This document shows positions 38,950-50,745 of a stretch of DNA of 64,000 bases, piece after piece. Location: the NCBI RefSeq assembly GCF_036365525.1, contig NC_090385.1, positions 23,430,459 to 23,494,458 on the forward strand, read 5' to 3'. A program made the translations under genes and the position numbers. Source of the stretch: Heterodontus francisci. Taxonomy: Eukaryota. Position 1 is the stretch's first letter, and the number at the start of each line of letters is the position of its first letter. The notes under the pieces were generated by a model. That model was not told the origin of the DNA, searched no databases, and saw only the letters and a program-made list of their open reading frames with translations.

Positions 38950-40327
38950 TGAGAGAATCTAACCATCTCCCGTTGATGATCAATGACATTACCATCGCTG
39001 AATCCCTCACTAACATCCTGGGTTACCACTGACCAGAAACTGACCTGCAGTAGCCATCTCAATACCGTGGCTACAAGAGCAGGTCAGAGGTTGGGAATTT
39101 TGCAGTGAGTAACTCACCTCCTGTCTCCTCAATGCCTGTCCACCATCTTCCACTTGGCTGGATGAGTGCAGCTCCAACAACACTCAAGAAACTCAACATC
39201 ATATAGGACAAAGCAGCCTGCTTGGTTGGCACCCCATTTACCACTTTCAACATTCACTCCCTCCATCACCGACACAGTGGCAGCAGTATGTGCCATCTAC
39301 AAGATACACTGCAGCAACTCACCAAGGCTCCTTCAACAGCACATTTCAAACCCACGACCTGTGCCACCTAGAAGGACAAGGGCAGCAGATACATGGGGAC
39401 ACCACCACCTACAAGTTCTCCTCCAAGCCACACACCATCCTGACTTGGAACTATATTGCTGTTCCTTCATTGTCGCAGTGTCAAAATCCTGGAACTCCCT
39501 TCCTAACACGGTGGGTGTAACTACACCCCATGGACTGCAGCAGTTCAAGAAGGCAGCTCACCAGCACTTTCTCAAGGGCAATTAGGGATGGACAGTAAAT
39601 GCTGGCCTAGCCAGCAACGCCCACATCACATGAACGAATTTTTAAAAAACGCAAGAGGTGTAATACCTGCCCTGTTACTTTCTCTCTTCTCACCGTCCAA
39701 GGTCCCAAACACTCCACCAGCGATTTACTTGCATACTTTCAATTTAGCATACGGTATTTGCTGCTCACAATGCAGTCTCCTCTATACTGTGGAGACCAAA
39801 CGCAGATTGGGTGATCGGTTTGCAGAGCACCTCCACTTGGTCTCCAAGCATGACCCCGAGCTTCTGGTTGCTTGCCATTTTAATTCACCACCCTGCTCTC
39901 AAGCCCACATTTCTGTCCTTGGTCTGCTGCAGTGTTCCACTGAAGCTCAACGCAAACTCGAGGAACACCACCTCATCTTCTGATTAGGCACTCTGCAGCC
40001 TTCTGGACTCACTGAATTCAACAATTTCAGACCATGAGACCCATTTTTTTTTTTATATATACTTTCTTTTTTTTTTAATTATTTTTTTAAACCATATGCT
40101 AGTCTTAAACTTGCTTTTCAGGTTTTTGCTTTTGGACAGAGCTGTTCATTATTCTGCCATCAGCACTCTCTCTAGACTCATGCTTTGTCTTTTACTACAA
40201 CTATTTAGCACTCCATTTGCATTCTGTTCCATAACATTTGTCATTTAATCTCTCCTGCTCTCTGTCCTATCACAGATCTTCCTTTGTTTATGTTCCCCTC
40301 CCCTCTTTCACTTGCTCAAAGACTGTT

Positions 40328-40370
40328 ACAGTTCTGACGAAAGGTCACAGACCTGAAAGGTTAACTCTGT
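40328..40370 (+). ncRNA. Minimal hammerhead ribozyme in the Penelope pseudo-LTR
   Basis: GTT-CTGACGA-A-AGGTC-ACA-GACCT-GAAA-GGTTA-AC, with a perfect 5-bp stem II. Confidence 0.7.
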
Positions 40371-40799
40371 TTCTCTCTACACAAATGTTGCCAGACCTGC
40401 TGAATATTTCCAGCACTTTCTGTTCTCATTTCAGAGTTCTGGCATCCACAGTATTTCGCTCTTTCTTTAAAACTAGTGTGCTCTGGTTCTTGACCCTTTC
40501 ACCAATGGGAACAGTTTCTCTAGATCTACTCTGTTCATGATTTGGACCACCTCCATCAAATCTCCTCTCACCTTTCTCTTCTCCAAGGAGAACAACCCCA
40601 GGTAGCTATCTTCATAATTGAAGTCCTTCATTCTGGAACCACTCGTGAATATTTTCTGCATGCTCTCCAATGCCTTCACATCCTTCCGAAAACGTGGTAC
40701 CCAGAATTGATCACAATACTCCAGTTGGGGCCGAACCAGTGTTAAAAAAGGTTCAGTGTAACTTCCTTGCTTTTGAACTCTATGCCTCTATCTATTACT

Positions 40800-42665
40800 T
40801 TTTAAAATTAGTTTGTGGGATGTGGGCGTCACTGGCGAGGCCAACATTTATTGCCCATCCCACTTGCACTTGCGAAGGTGCTGGTGAGCTGCCTTCTTGA
40901 ACTGCTGTAATCCATGTGGGGTAGGTACTCCCACAGTGCTGTTAGGAAGAGAGTTCCAGGTTTTTATGACCCTGCGACAGTGAAGGAACGGCAACACAGT
41001 TCCAAGTCAGGATGGTGTGTGGCTTGGATGGGAACTTGCAGGTGGTGGTGTTCCCATGCATCTGCTGCCCTTGTCCTTCTAGGTCGTAGAGGTCGTGGGT
41101 TTGGAACGTGCTGTCTGAGGAGCCTTGGTACATCTTGTAGATGGTGCACACTGCTTCCAGTGTTTTGGTGGTGGAGGGAGTGAATCTTTGTAGGTGGGGT
41201 GCCAATCAAGCGGGCTGCTTTGCCCTGGATGGTGTCGAGCTTCTTGAGTGTTGTTGGAGCTGCATCCATCCAGGCAAGTGGCGAATATTCCATCACACTC
41301 CTGACTTGTGCCTTGTAGATGGTGGACAGACTTTGGAGAGTCAGGTGAGTTACTCGCCACAGGATTCTTAGCCTCTGACCTGTTCTTGTAGCCACGGTGT
41401 TTATATGGCTACTCTAGTTCAGTTTCTGGTTAATGGTAGCCCCTAGGATGTTGATAGTGGGGGATTCAGTGATTGCAATGCCATTGAATTTCAAGGGGAG
41501 ATGGTTATATTCTCTCTTGTTGGAGGTGATCATTGCCTGGCACTTGTGTGGAGCGAATGCTACTCACCACTTATCAGCCCAAGCCTGGATATTGTCCAGG
41601 TCTTGCTGCATTTCCACATGGACTGCTTCAGTATCTGAGGAGTCACGAATGGTGAACAATATGCAATCAGTGAACATCCCTACTTCTGACCTTATGACTG
41701 AAGGAAGATCATCAATGAAGCAGCTGAAGATGGTTGGGCCTAGGACACTACCCTGAGGAACTCTTGCAGTGATGCCCTGGTGCTGAGATAATTGACCAAC
41801 AACCACAACCATCTTTCTTTGCGCTGGGTACAACTGGGTACAGCAGAGAGTTTTCCCCGATTCCCACTGACTCCAGTTTTGCTCGGGCCCCTTGATGCCA
41901 TACTCGGTCAAATGCTGCCTTGATGTCAAGGGCAGTCACTCTCACCTCACCTCTGGAGTTCAGCTCCTTTGTCCATGTTTGAACCAAGGCTGCAATGAAG
42001 TCAGGAGCTGAGTGGCCCTGGCAGAACCCAAACTGAGCCTTAATGAGGTTATTACTAAGCAACTGCCGCTTGATAGCACTGTCAATGACACCTTCCATCA
42101 CTTTACTGATGATTGACAATAGACTGATGCGGTGGTAATTGGCCGGGTTGGACTTCTCCTGCTTTGTGCGTACAGGACATACTAAAGCCTGGTCACTCAA
42201 CCCGAGCCCAACTAGACGCAACTATACGTGTCAGGTCAAAATTCTGAATCCAGCATTCGGGCTCGGGTTGGGTCGGGCTGGACACTGCTTCCGGGAAGTC
42301 ACAGGATCAGGCTTACCCATGATTCCCTACAACTCTGGCTGCAGGAATAGCCTGCTGCCGGAAGGAGATTCGGGTCTGGTGCGAAAAAAAAATTAAAGGG
42401 CTCGGGTTCAGGTTGGCTGTGGTCGAGTCGGGCCCGGGTCGGATTTTAATTTTATACCTGAGCCAGGCTTTAGGACATACCTGGGCAATTTCCCACATTG
42501 CTGGGTAGATGCCAGTGTTGTAGCTGTACATGAACAGCTTGGCTAGGGGCGCAGCAAGTTCTGGAGCACAGATCTTCAGTAGTTTTGCTGGAATGTCGTA
42601 AGGCCCATAGCCTTTGCAGTATCCAGTGCCTTCAGTAATTTCTTGATATCACGTGGAGTGAATCT
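40800..42665 (-). mobile_element. Family B LINE, 5'-truncated
   Basis: ORFs 41748-42221 and 41564-41929 ([28 protein letters not shown]); tail at about 40800. Confidence 0.9.
42183..42472. mobile_element. hAT-superfamily MITE (290 bp)
   Basis: Perfect TIR TAAAGCCTGG/CCAGGCTTTA, perfect 8-bp TSD GGACATAC (42175-42182 and 42473-42480), and subterminal CCCGA/TCGGG repeats. Confidence 0.9.
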
Positions 42666-42914
42666 AATTTATGAAGCCCAGGATCCTACATGCCTCATTA
42701 AGCATTTTCTTAACCTACCCTGCCATCTTCAATGATTTGTGTACATACACCCCAGGTCCCTGTGCTCTTGCCCCCTTTATTTTATATTGCCTTTCCTCGT
42801 TCTTCCTACCAAAGCACATCACTTCACATCTCTGCATTAAATTTAATCTGCCACAAGTCTGCCCATTACACCAGTTTGTCCTCTTGAAATCTGTCACTAT
42901 CCTCCTCACAGTTC

Positions 42915-45900
42915 ACACGGCACAGAAAGAGACCATTCAGCCGTCGTGTCCGTGTCGGCTGAAAATAAAACTAGCCGCCCAATCTAATCACAACTTCCAG
43001 GACCTGGTCCTTGCTGGTTATAGCAAGGGTTTCTGCCTCCACCACCGTTCCTGGCAGTGAATTCCAGACACCCACCACCCTCTGGATGAAAAAGTTTTTC
43101 CCTCATGTCCCCTCTCATCCTTCTACCAATCACCTTAAATCTGTGCCCCCTGGTAGTTGACCTCTCCACTAGGGGAAACAGGTCCTCCCCTGTCTACTCT
43201 TTCTAGGCCCCTCATAATTTTGTACACCTCAATTAAGTCACCCCTCAGCTTCCTCTGTTCTAAGGAAAACAACCCTAGCCTATTCAATCTTCCTTCATAG
43301 CTGCAACTTTCAAGCCCTGGCAACATTCTTGTAAAACATCTCTGTACTCTCTCCAGAGCAATTATGTCTTTTCTGTAATGTGGCGACCAGAACTGCATGC
43401 ACGCAATACTCCAATTGTGGCCTAACCAGCATTTTATACAGTTCCAGCATCACATCCCTGCTTTTGAGTTCAATATCTTGGCCAATAAAGGAAAGCATTC
43501 CATATGCCCTCTTCACCACTTTATCTACCTGTCCTGCCACCTTCAGGGACCTGTGAACGTGCACTCCAAGGTCTCCCACTTCTTCTATCCCTCTCAATAT
43601 CCTCACGTTTATTGTGTATTCCCTTGCTTTATTTACCCTCTCCAAATGCATTACCCTCACACTTTTCTGGATTGAATTCCATTTGCCACTTTTCCGCCCA
43701 AACTGTTGATATCTTTCTGGAGTCTACAGCTATCCTCTTCACTATCAACTACATGGCCAAATTTACCAATCATGCCTCCCACATTTAAGTCCAGATCATT
43801 AATACATACCACAAACAGCAAGGGTCCCAACACTGACTACAACCCTTTGTTTCCTGTCACTGAGTCAATTCTGGATCCAAACCGCCACATTGCCCTGTAT
43901 CCCATGGGCTTTCATTTTACTGACCAGTCTGCCATGTGGGGCCTTGTCAAATGCCTTACTAAAGTCCATGTAGACCACATCCACTGCACTACCCTCATTA
44001 ATCCTTCTTGTTACTTCCTCAAAAAACACAATTAAGTTCGCAAGACATGACTTTCCCTTAAACAAATCCATGCTGTCTATCCCTGATTAATCTGCGCCTT
44101 TCTAAGTGGCAGTTTATCCTGTCCCTCAGAATTGATTCTAACAATTTACCCACCACCGAGGTCAGACTGGCCTATCCCTTGAACACTTTTTCAAAAATGG
44201 CACGATGTTCGCAGATCTCCAATCGTCTAGTACCTCTCCTGGTAAGGAGTAAGGATTTGAAGATGATCCTCAGCGCATCCACTATTTCCTCCCTGGCTTC
44301 CTTTAACAACCTGGGATGCAATCCATCCGGCCCTGGCAATTTACCCACTTTCAAGGATGTCAGACCCTCTAGTACTTCCTTTCTCATTATGCTTATTATA
44401 TCTAATATTTCACACCCCTTCTCTTTAACTACAATGTCTACATCATCCCTCTCCTTTGAGAAGACAGAGACAAAAAACTCATTAAGAACCCTGCTCACAT
44501 CTTCTGCATCCATGCATAAGTTCCCTTGTAAATCTCTGATAAACCTTACCCTTTTCTTAGTTATCCTCTTGCTCTTAATGTACTGATAAGACACCTTCAG
44601 GTTTTCCTTGATTTTACCTGCCAATAATTTTTCATGTCCTCTTTTTGCTTTTCTAATTTCCTTTTTTACTTCACACTGCACTTTCTATTGTCCTCTGGGC
44701 TTTCTAAAGTATTAAGATTTTAGTGATCGCCATAAGCTTTCTTTTTCTGCTTTAATTTACTCTGTAAGCTTCCAGAGAACCAGGGGGCTCTAGATTTGGC
44801 AATACCATTCTTTATCTTTGTGAGGATATGCCTACACTGTGCCTGTAGTATCTTGCTTTTGAATGCCTCCCACTGGTTTGCCACTGATTTTCCTTCAAGT
44901 AGCTGTATCCAGTCCACTTTTGTCAGGTCACCTCTCACTTTCTTAAAATTTGCTTTCCCCAATTTAGAACTTTTACTCCTGGTTTATCTTTGTCCTTTTC
45001 CATGATTATGCTAAAACTTACTGTATTATGGTCACTATCTCCAAAATGGTCACCCACTGCTACTTCCTCCACTTGCCCAGCTTCATTACTGAAAACTAAA
45101 TCTAGAATTGTGCCCCCTCTCGTTGGGCTTGTTCTGTGCTGGCTAAAAAATTTCTCTTGAATGTAGTTCAAGAATTTTGTCCCCTCTGTGCCCTTCACAC
45201 TGTTTGTATCCCAGTTGATATTGGGGTAGTTGAAATCCCCAACTATTATTGCCCTATAGTTTCTGCACTCAGAAATTTGCCTACATATTTGTTCTTCTAC
45301 CTCCTTCTCATTATTTGGGGGTCTTTAGTACACTTCTAATAGCGTGGCTGCCCCTTTTTAGTTCTGAGCTCGACCCATATGGTCTCATTTGATGATTCAT
45401 TTAACATATCATCCCTCCTCAAAGCGGTTATGGATTCCTTAACTAATAATGCTACACCCACTCCTTTTTTATCTCCCTCTCTATCCCACCTGAAAACTCT
45501 ATATCCAGGGATGTTGAACTGCCATTCTTGCCCCTCCTTAAGCCAAGTTTCCATTATAGCAATGATATCACGTTGCCATGTGTCTATCTGTGCCCTCAGC
45601 TCATCGGCTTTATTTACTATACTCCTTGCATTTAAATAAATACCCTTCAACACTGCCAAATTCCTGTGCTGCACACTTTTTAATCTTTGCTTCTTCTGTC
45701 TTTCAGAGTCACTAGCTAATTTTTTGCCTCTTGTTCTCTGCCCTGAAATTGTCCTATCTAAGAGTGCACTCAGGTCCCCATCCCCCTGCCAAGCTAGTTT
45801 AAACCATCCCCAACAGCACTAGCAAGACTTCCTGCAGTAGATTTGTCCCAGTCCTGTTCAGTTGCTTGTATAGGTCACACCTTCCCCAGAACTGGTCCCA

Positions 45901-48380
45901 ATGCCCCAGAAATCTTGCTTGCTAATCTCGTTCCTAACTCCCTAAACTCAGCCTGCAGGACCTCATCCCTCTTTCTTCCTATATCGTTGGTACTAACGTG
46001 GACCACAACCTCTGGCTGTGCACCCTCACCCTCCAGAATGCCCTGTAGCCGCTTGGTGATGTCCATGACCCTTGCACCAGGGAGGCAACATACCATCCTG
46101 GAATCATGTCTGTGACCACAGAAACGCCCATCTGTTCCCCTATAGAATCCCTCATCATTATTGCTCCCTCTCTGCACAGCTGAGCCATCCATGGTGCCTT
46201 GGTCATGACTCTCGCACTTTCCAGAGGAACCCTCTCTCCCATCGGTACTCAGAACTGAATAAGAGTTAGAAAGTGGGATGCCCTCTGGGGACTCCTGCAC
46301 TACCTGCCTTGACCTTCTTCTCTGTTTGGCAGCCACCCAGTCCCTCTCTGCCTGTGCTCTCAAACTCCAGGGTGACTACCTCCTGAAACGTACTATCCAG
46401 GTAGTTCTCTGCCTCGCGGATGCGCCACAGTGACTCCAGCTGCCACTCAAGTTCCGAAACCCCGGAGCTCAAGCTTCTGCAGCCGTTGACGCTTCCTGCA
46501 GATGTGCTCGTCAAGGACACATGCTGCGTCCACGACTTCCCATATGCCACAGGAGACACATTCCGCTTGGCCGAGCTGCCCTGTCATTACTTACCTTTAC
46601 AAACTAACTATTGCTAATGTAGTAAGTAGAATACAGTTACTTGCCAATCAGCTTCTTCCCCTGTAACTTGGAGGCTGAAAAGGCAGAAAAGAAACTACAA
46701 AAAGAGTACCTCTTTCCCCTAGTCCATAAAATCCCTCACACAAAACTAACAGCCTGACTCTGTTATTAAATTAAAGCACATGGGATTGGGGGTAATATAC
46801 TGGCATGGATTGAGAATTGGTTGACAGACAGGAAACAGGGAGTCGGAATAAACGGGTCTTTTTCCAGGTGGCAGACAGTGACTAGTGGGGTACCACAGGG
46901 ATCAGTGCTTGGGTCCCAGCTATTCACAATATATATTAATGACTTGAGTGAGGGAACTAAATGTAACATTTCCAAGTTTGCAGACAAAAGCTGGGGGGAA
47001 TGTGAGCTGTGAGGAGGATGCAAGAGGCTCCAATGTGATTTGGACAAGTTGGGTGAGTGGGCAAATGCATGACAAATGCAGTAATAAAACGTTGACAAAT
47101 GTGAGATTATCCACTTTGGTTGTAAAAACAGAAAGGCATAGTATCTGAATGGTGAGAGATTGGAAAAGGGGGAGGTGCAACCAGACCTGGGTGTCCTTGT
47201 ACACCAGTCACTGAAAGCAAGCATGCAGGTGCAGCAAGCAATAAGGAAGGCGAATAGTATGTTGGCCTTCATTGTAAGAGGATTTGAGTACAGCATCAAG
47301 GATGTTTTACTGCAGTTATACAGGGCCTTGATGAGACCACATCTGGATTATTACGTGCAGTTGGTCTCCTTATCTGAGGGAGGATGTTCTTGCCATGGAA
47401 GGAGTTTAAAGATGATGATTTACTAGGCTGATTCCTGGGATGGCAGGATTGACGTATGAGGAGAGATTGGGTTGACTAGGCCTATTTCACTAGAGTTTAG
47501 AAGAATGAGAGGGGATCTCATAAAAACCTATAAAATTCTAACAGGACTAGACAGGCTAGATGCAGGGAGGATGTTCCTGATGGCTGGGGCGTCCAGAACC
47601 AGGGGTCACAGTCTCAGAATACAGGGCGTGCGATTTAGAACCGAGATGAGGAGAAATTTCTTCACTCAGAGGGTGGTGAACCTGTGGAATTCTCTACCGC
47701 AGAAGACAGTGGAGGCCAAGTCATCAAATATATTCAAGAAGGAGATGGATATATTTCTTAACGCCAAAGGGATCAAGGGATATGGGGTGAAAGTGGGAAC
47801 AGGGTACTGAATTAGACGATCAGCCACGATCTTTTTTGAATGGCAAGCAGGCCTGAAGGGCTGAATGGCCTACTCCTGCTCCTATTTTCCATGTTTTTAT
47901 CCGAACAGCACTATTCTAAGTACTAATTACCAATAAATTACACTAAGTAAAGCAAAACCTTAGCAATATGAACCTGATCACTTAAAAGGTAGTTATTTGA
48001 GGGTTTTTTAAAAAATCTGATTTTTTAAAGCTATTTACAGGTAATAACAGCTGTTACTTACCAACCAATCAGCTTACAGATCTCCCGTGATGTCACTGGT
48101 AGTTTTTTCCTCTTTTCAATCCCAGCGTGCTCCAACAGAGAGAGCGAGCGCCCGCCTGCTGACGCTCTGGTCTGAGGTATGTGAGGGCCTCGAGCCTTGC
48201 TCTTTATCTCTCCAGGTCCCGCTCTGGATCCGCCGCCGCCTGCCGCTGTTCCGGATCCGCCTGCCGCTGCTCTGGCCTCCTCCCAGGTCCGCCGTCAACT
48301 GCCGCTGTTCTGGTCTAAGGTAGGTGAAGGCCTCGAGCCCCGCTCTTCATTTTGCCAGGTTCTGCTCTGGATCCACCCAG
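42915..48380 (-). mobile_element. Full-length CR1 LINE (5' UTR, ORF1 with zinc finger/leucine zipper and esterase, ORF2)
   Basis: ORF1 from about 46587 (MTGQLGQAECVSCGIWE..HICRK..LELRVSELEWQLESL; VCCLPGARV; VVVHVSTND); ORF2 YLNARSIVNK onward; GC-rich 5' end. Confidence 0.85.
46768..47900 (+). mobile_element. CR1 3' half nested in the 5' UTR of the minus-strand CR1
   Basis: Closely matches 4137-5270. Confidence 0.9.
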
Positions 48381-48555
48381 GTCAAGATCAAGAAAAGCAG
48401 TGGTCCGAATACCGATCCCTGGGGAACCCCACTACATATTGTCCTCTGGTCCGAAAAACAACCATTCACATTTTCTGTTTCCTGTCACGCAGCCAAGTTT
48501 GTACTTATGTTGCCACTGTTTCAACTTTGCCGACAAACCTGTTATGTGGCATTTT

Positions 48556-49150
48556 ATTAAAGGCTGCATTTGCTGACAATGCTACCAATAGGTGGCGCTG
48601 CAGTGGCACATGCGCAAATGCAGCATGTGCCACTAAAACATCACAGTCTGCGACTTCAGGCAGCAGCCAGGACTAAAGATGGCGCTGCTCAAATAATCAC
48701 ACGAAGGCAACCTAACCTAAACACATGGCAGCACACAATGGTGGAAGGGAGAGAGAGAGCAGGGGAAATGGGGGAGAGCAGGGAACCTGGGGGGGGGGGG
48801 GGGGGGGGAAGAAGCGGAGCGGCCGAAAGAGCAGAGCGGCTGGAGAGAGCAGTGGGGCGGGAGCAGAGCGGGCCGGGGAGAGGAGCGAGGGGGGACGGAG
48901 CTTCACACATGGTGAATACCCGTTGGCGTTGCATTGCTGTACGCGTAAAGCGCATGCACAGAGGCCGACCAGGCGCGTTGCCCGAAGATGCACAAGTCAC
49001 GTGATATCATCGGCGCATGTGCTAACCAGTCCTGGCAAGTCAGAACGCAGCACACGCGCAGACAGCAGGAGCCCGTCTGCGCATGTGTGCACCTTGGCGC
49101 AGCCTGATGACGTCAGTTGCCAGCTGCGTTGTCAGAAATCACTGTTTATA
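48556..49150. mobile_element. Unclassified GC/CpG-rich non-autonomous insertion with subterminal inverted repeats
   Basis: Interrupts the old CR1; CTGACAATGC (48573) / GCGTTGTCAG (49126-49135); internal poly-G run. Confidence 0.55.
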
Positions 49151-49756
49151 AATGCCTTTTGGAAGTCCATGCACATCATATCAACTGCATTATCCTCATA
49201 AAACCTCTGAAACAAGTTAGTTAGTCAAACACTAATTACCCTTAACAAATCTGTGCTGGCTTTCCTTAATTGATCCACATTTGTCCAAGTGGCTGTCAAT
49301 TTTGCACTGCATTATTGTTTCTACAAGCTTTCCCACCACTGAGGTTAAATGGTAGTTGCTGTGCTTATCCTTACATCCTTTTTTGAACAAGGGTGTGACA
49401 TTTGCAATTTTCCAGTCCTCTGGCACTGCCCCTGTATCTAAGGAGGTTTGAAGATTATGGCCAGTGTCTCCACAATTTTCACCCTCACTTCCCTTAGTAT
49501 CCTCAAATGCATCTGACCCAGTCTTGGTGACTTAGCAACTTTAAGTACAGCCAGCCTAATACCTCCTCTATCAATTTTTAGCCCATTTAGTATCTCAACG
49601 ACCTCCTCTTTCACTATGACTTTGACAGCATCTTCTTCCTTGGTGAAGACAGATGCAAAGTACTCATTTCGTACCTCTGCCATGCCTTCTGCCATATGTA
49701 AATTTCCTTTTTGGTCCCTAAATCAGCCCTACTCCAACTTTTACCGCCCTTTTTAC

Positions 49757-50265
49757 TATAGAACCATAGAAAAATTACAGCACAGAAGGAAGCCATTCAG
49801 TTCGTTGTGTCTGTGCCAGCCGAGAAGAAAAATAAAATAGAAACTAGCCGCCCAATCTAATCCCAACTTCCAGCACCTGGTTCATAGCCTGACAGTACTT
49901 CAGGTGCATGTCCAGGTACCTTTTAAAAGAATTGAGGGTTTCTGCCTTCACCACCATTCCTGGCAGTGAATTCCAGACACCCACCACCCTCTTGGTGAAA
50001 AAGCTTTTCCTCATGTCCCCTCTAATCTTCCTACCAATCACCTTAAATCTGTGCCCCTGGTAATTGACCTCTCCGCTAAGGGAAACAGGTCCTTCCCTGT
50101 CTACTCTATCTAGGCCCCTCATAATTTTGTACACCTCAATTAAGTCACCCCTCAGCCTCCTTTGTTCTAAGGAAAACAACCCTAGCCTATTCAATCTTCC
50201 TTCATAGCTGCAACTTTCAAGCCCTGGCAACATTCTTGTAAATCTCCTTTGTACTCTCCCCAGAG
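49757..50265 (-). mobile_element. CR1 3' fragment (same subfamily as 42915-48380)
   Basis: Near-identical to about 42920-43360; TTCTATGG tail. Confidence 0.9.
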
Positions 50266-50406
50266 CGAGAGAAGATTTTGGATTCCCTTTTATTTTGACT
50301 GGCAGTCCCTTCTCAAACTCTCTTTGATGCTCATTTCTTTTTTCACTCACCCTCTGAACTTTATACATTTAGTTTGATTCTCATTTGTATAATCAAATAC
50401 TTTTTA

Positions 50407-50745
50407 GGGCGGCACAGTGGTTAGCACCGCAGCCTCACAGCCCCAGCATCCTGGGTTCAATTCTGGGTACAGCCCGTGCGGAGTTTGCAAGTTCTCCCTG
50501 TGACCGCGTGGGTTTTCGCCAAGTGCTCCGGTTTCCTCCCACAGCCAAAGACTTGCAGGTTGATAGGTAAATTGGCCATTATAAATTGCCCCTAGTATAG
50601 GTAGGTGGTAGGGGAATATAGGGAAGGTGGGGATGTGGTAGGAATATGGGATTAATGTAGGATTAGTATAAATGGGTGGTTAATGGTCGGCACAGACTTG
50701 GTGGGCCGAAGGGCCTGTTTCAGTGCTGTATCTCTAAATAAATAA
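50407..50745 (+). mobile_element. HE1-type V-SINE
   Basis: Near-identical to 682-993, with a longer purine-rich internal repeat; TAAA tail. Confidence 0.9.

Larger units (their letters stand above)
34501..39648 (+). mobile_element. Full-length family B LINE (CR1/L2-group APE-RT, single ORF) with a tRNA-like SINE head
   Basis: A-box TGGCATAGCGG at 34513; APE start near 34890; LDLVLTN..SDH; GPDNIP, AFDRVWH, QGSVRGP, FADD; TGAA tail; possible TSD ACACAAG (34494) / ACGCAAG (39649). Confidence 0.8.
34375..40465 (+). mobile_element. Penelope-like element 3' part (RT linker 34375-34500; GIY-YIG endonuclease and pseudo-LTR 39650-40465), split by a family B LINE
   Basis: ILRHFHHLQRD..SAFRRDHLLRDTLVHS, then YGICCSQCSLLYTVETKRRLGDRFAEH..VACHFN..RKLEEHHLIF (GIY-YIG), followed by a hammerhead motif. 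Confidence 0.85.

Noticed and set aside
27807-48808. Short microsatellites and homopolymers ((CA)n near 27807, (GA)n near 38560, poly-G at 48789)
   Set aside because: Ordinary low-complexity tracts
48570-49201. Overlapping Gly/Arg/Pro-rich ORFs
   Set aside because: Stop-poor GC-rich non-autonomous element with no protein motif
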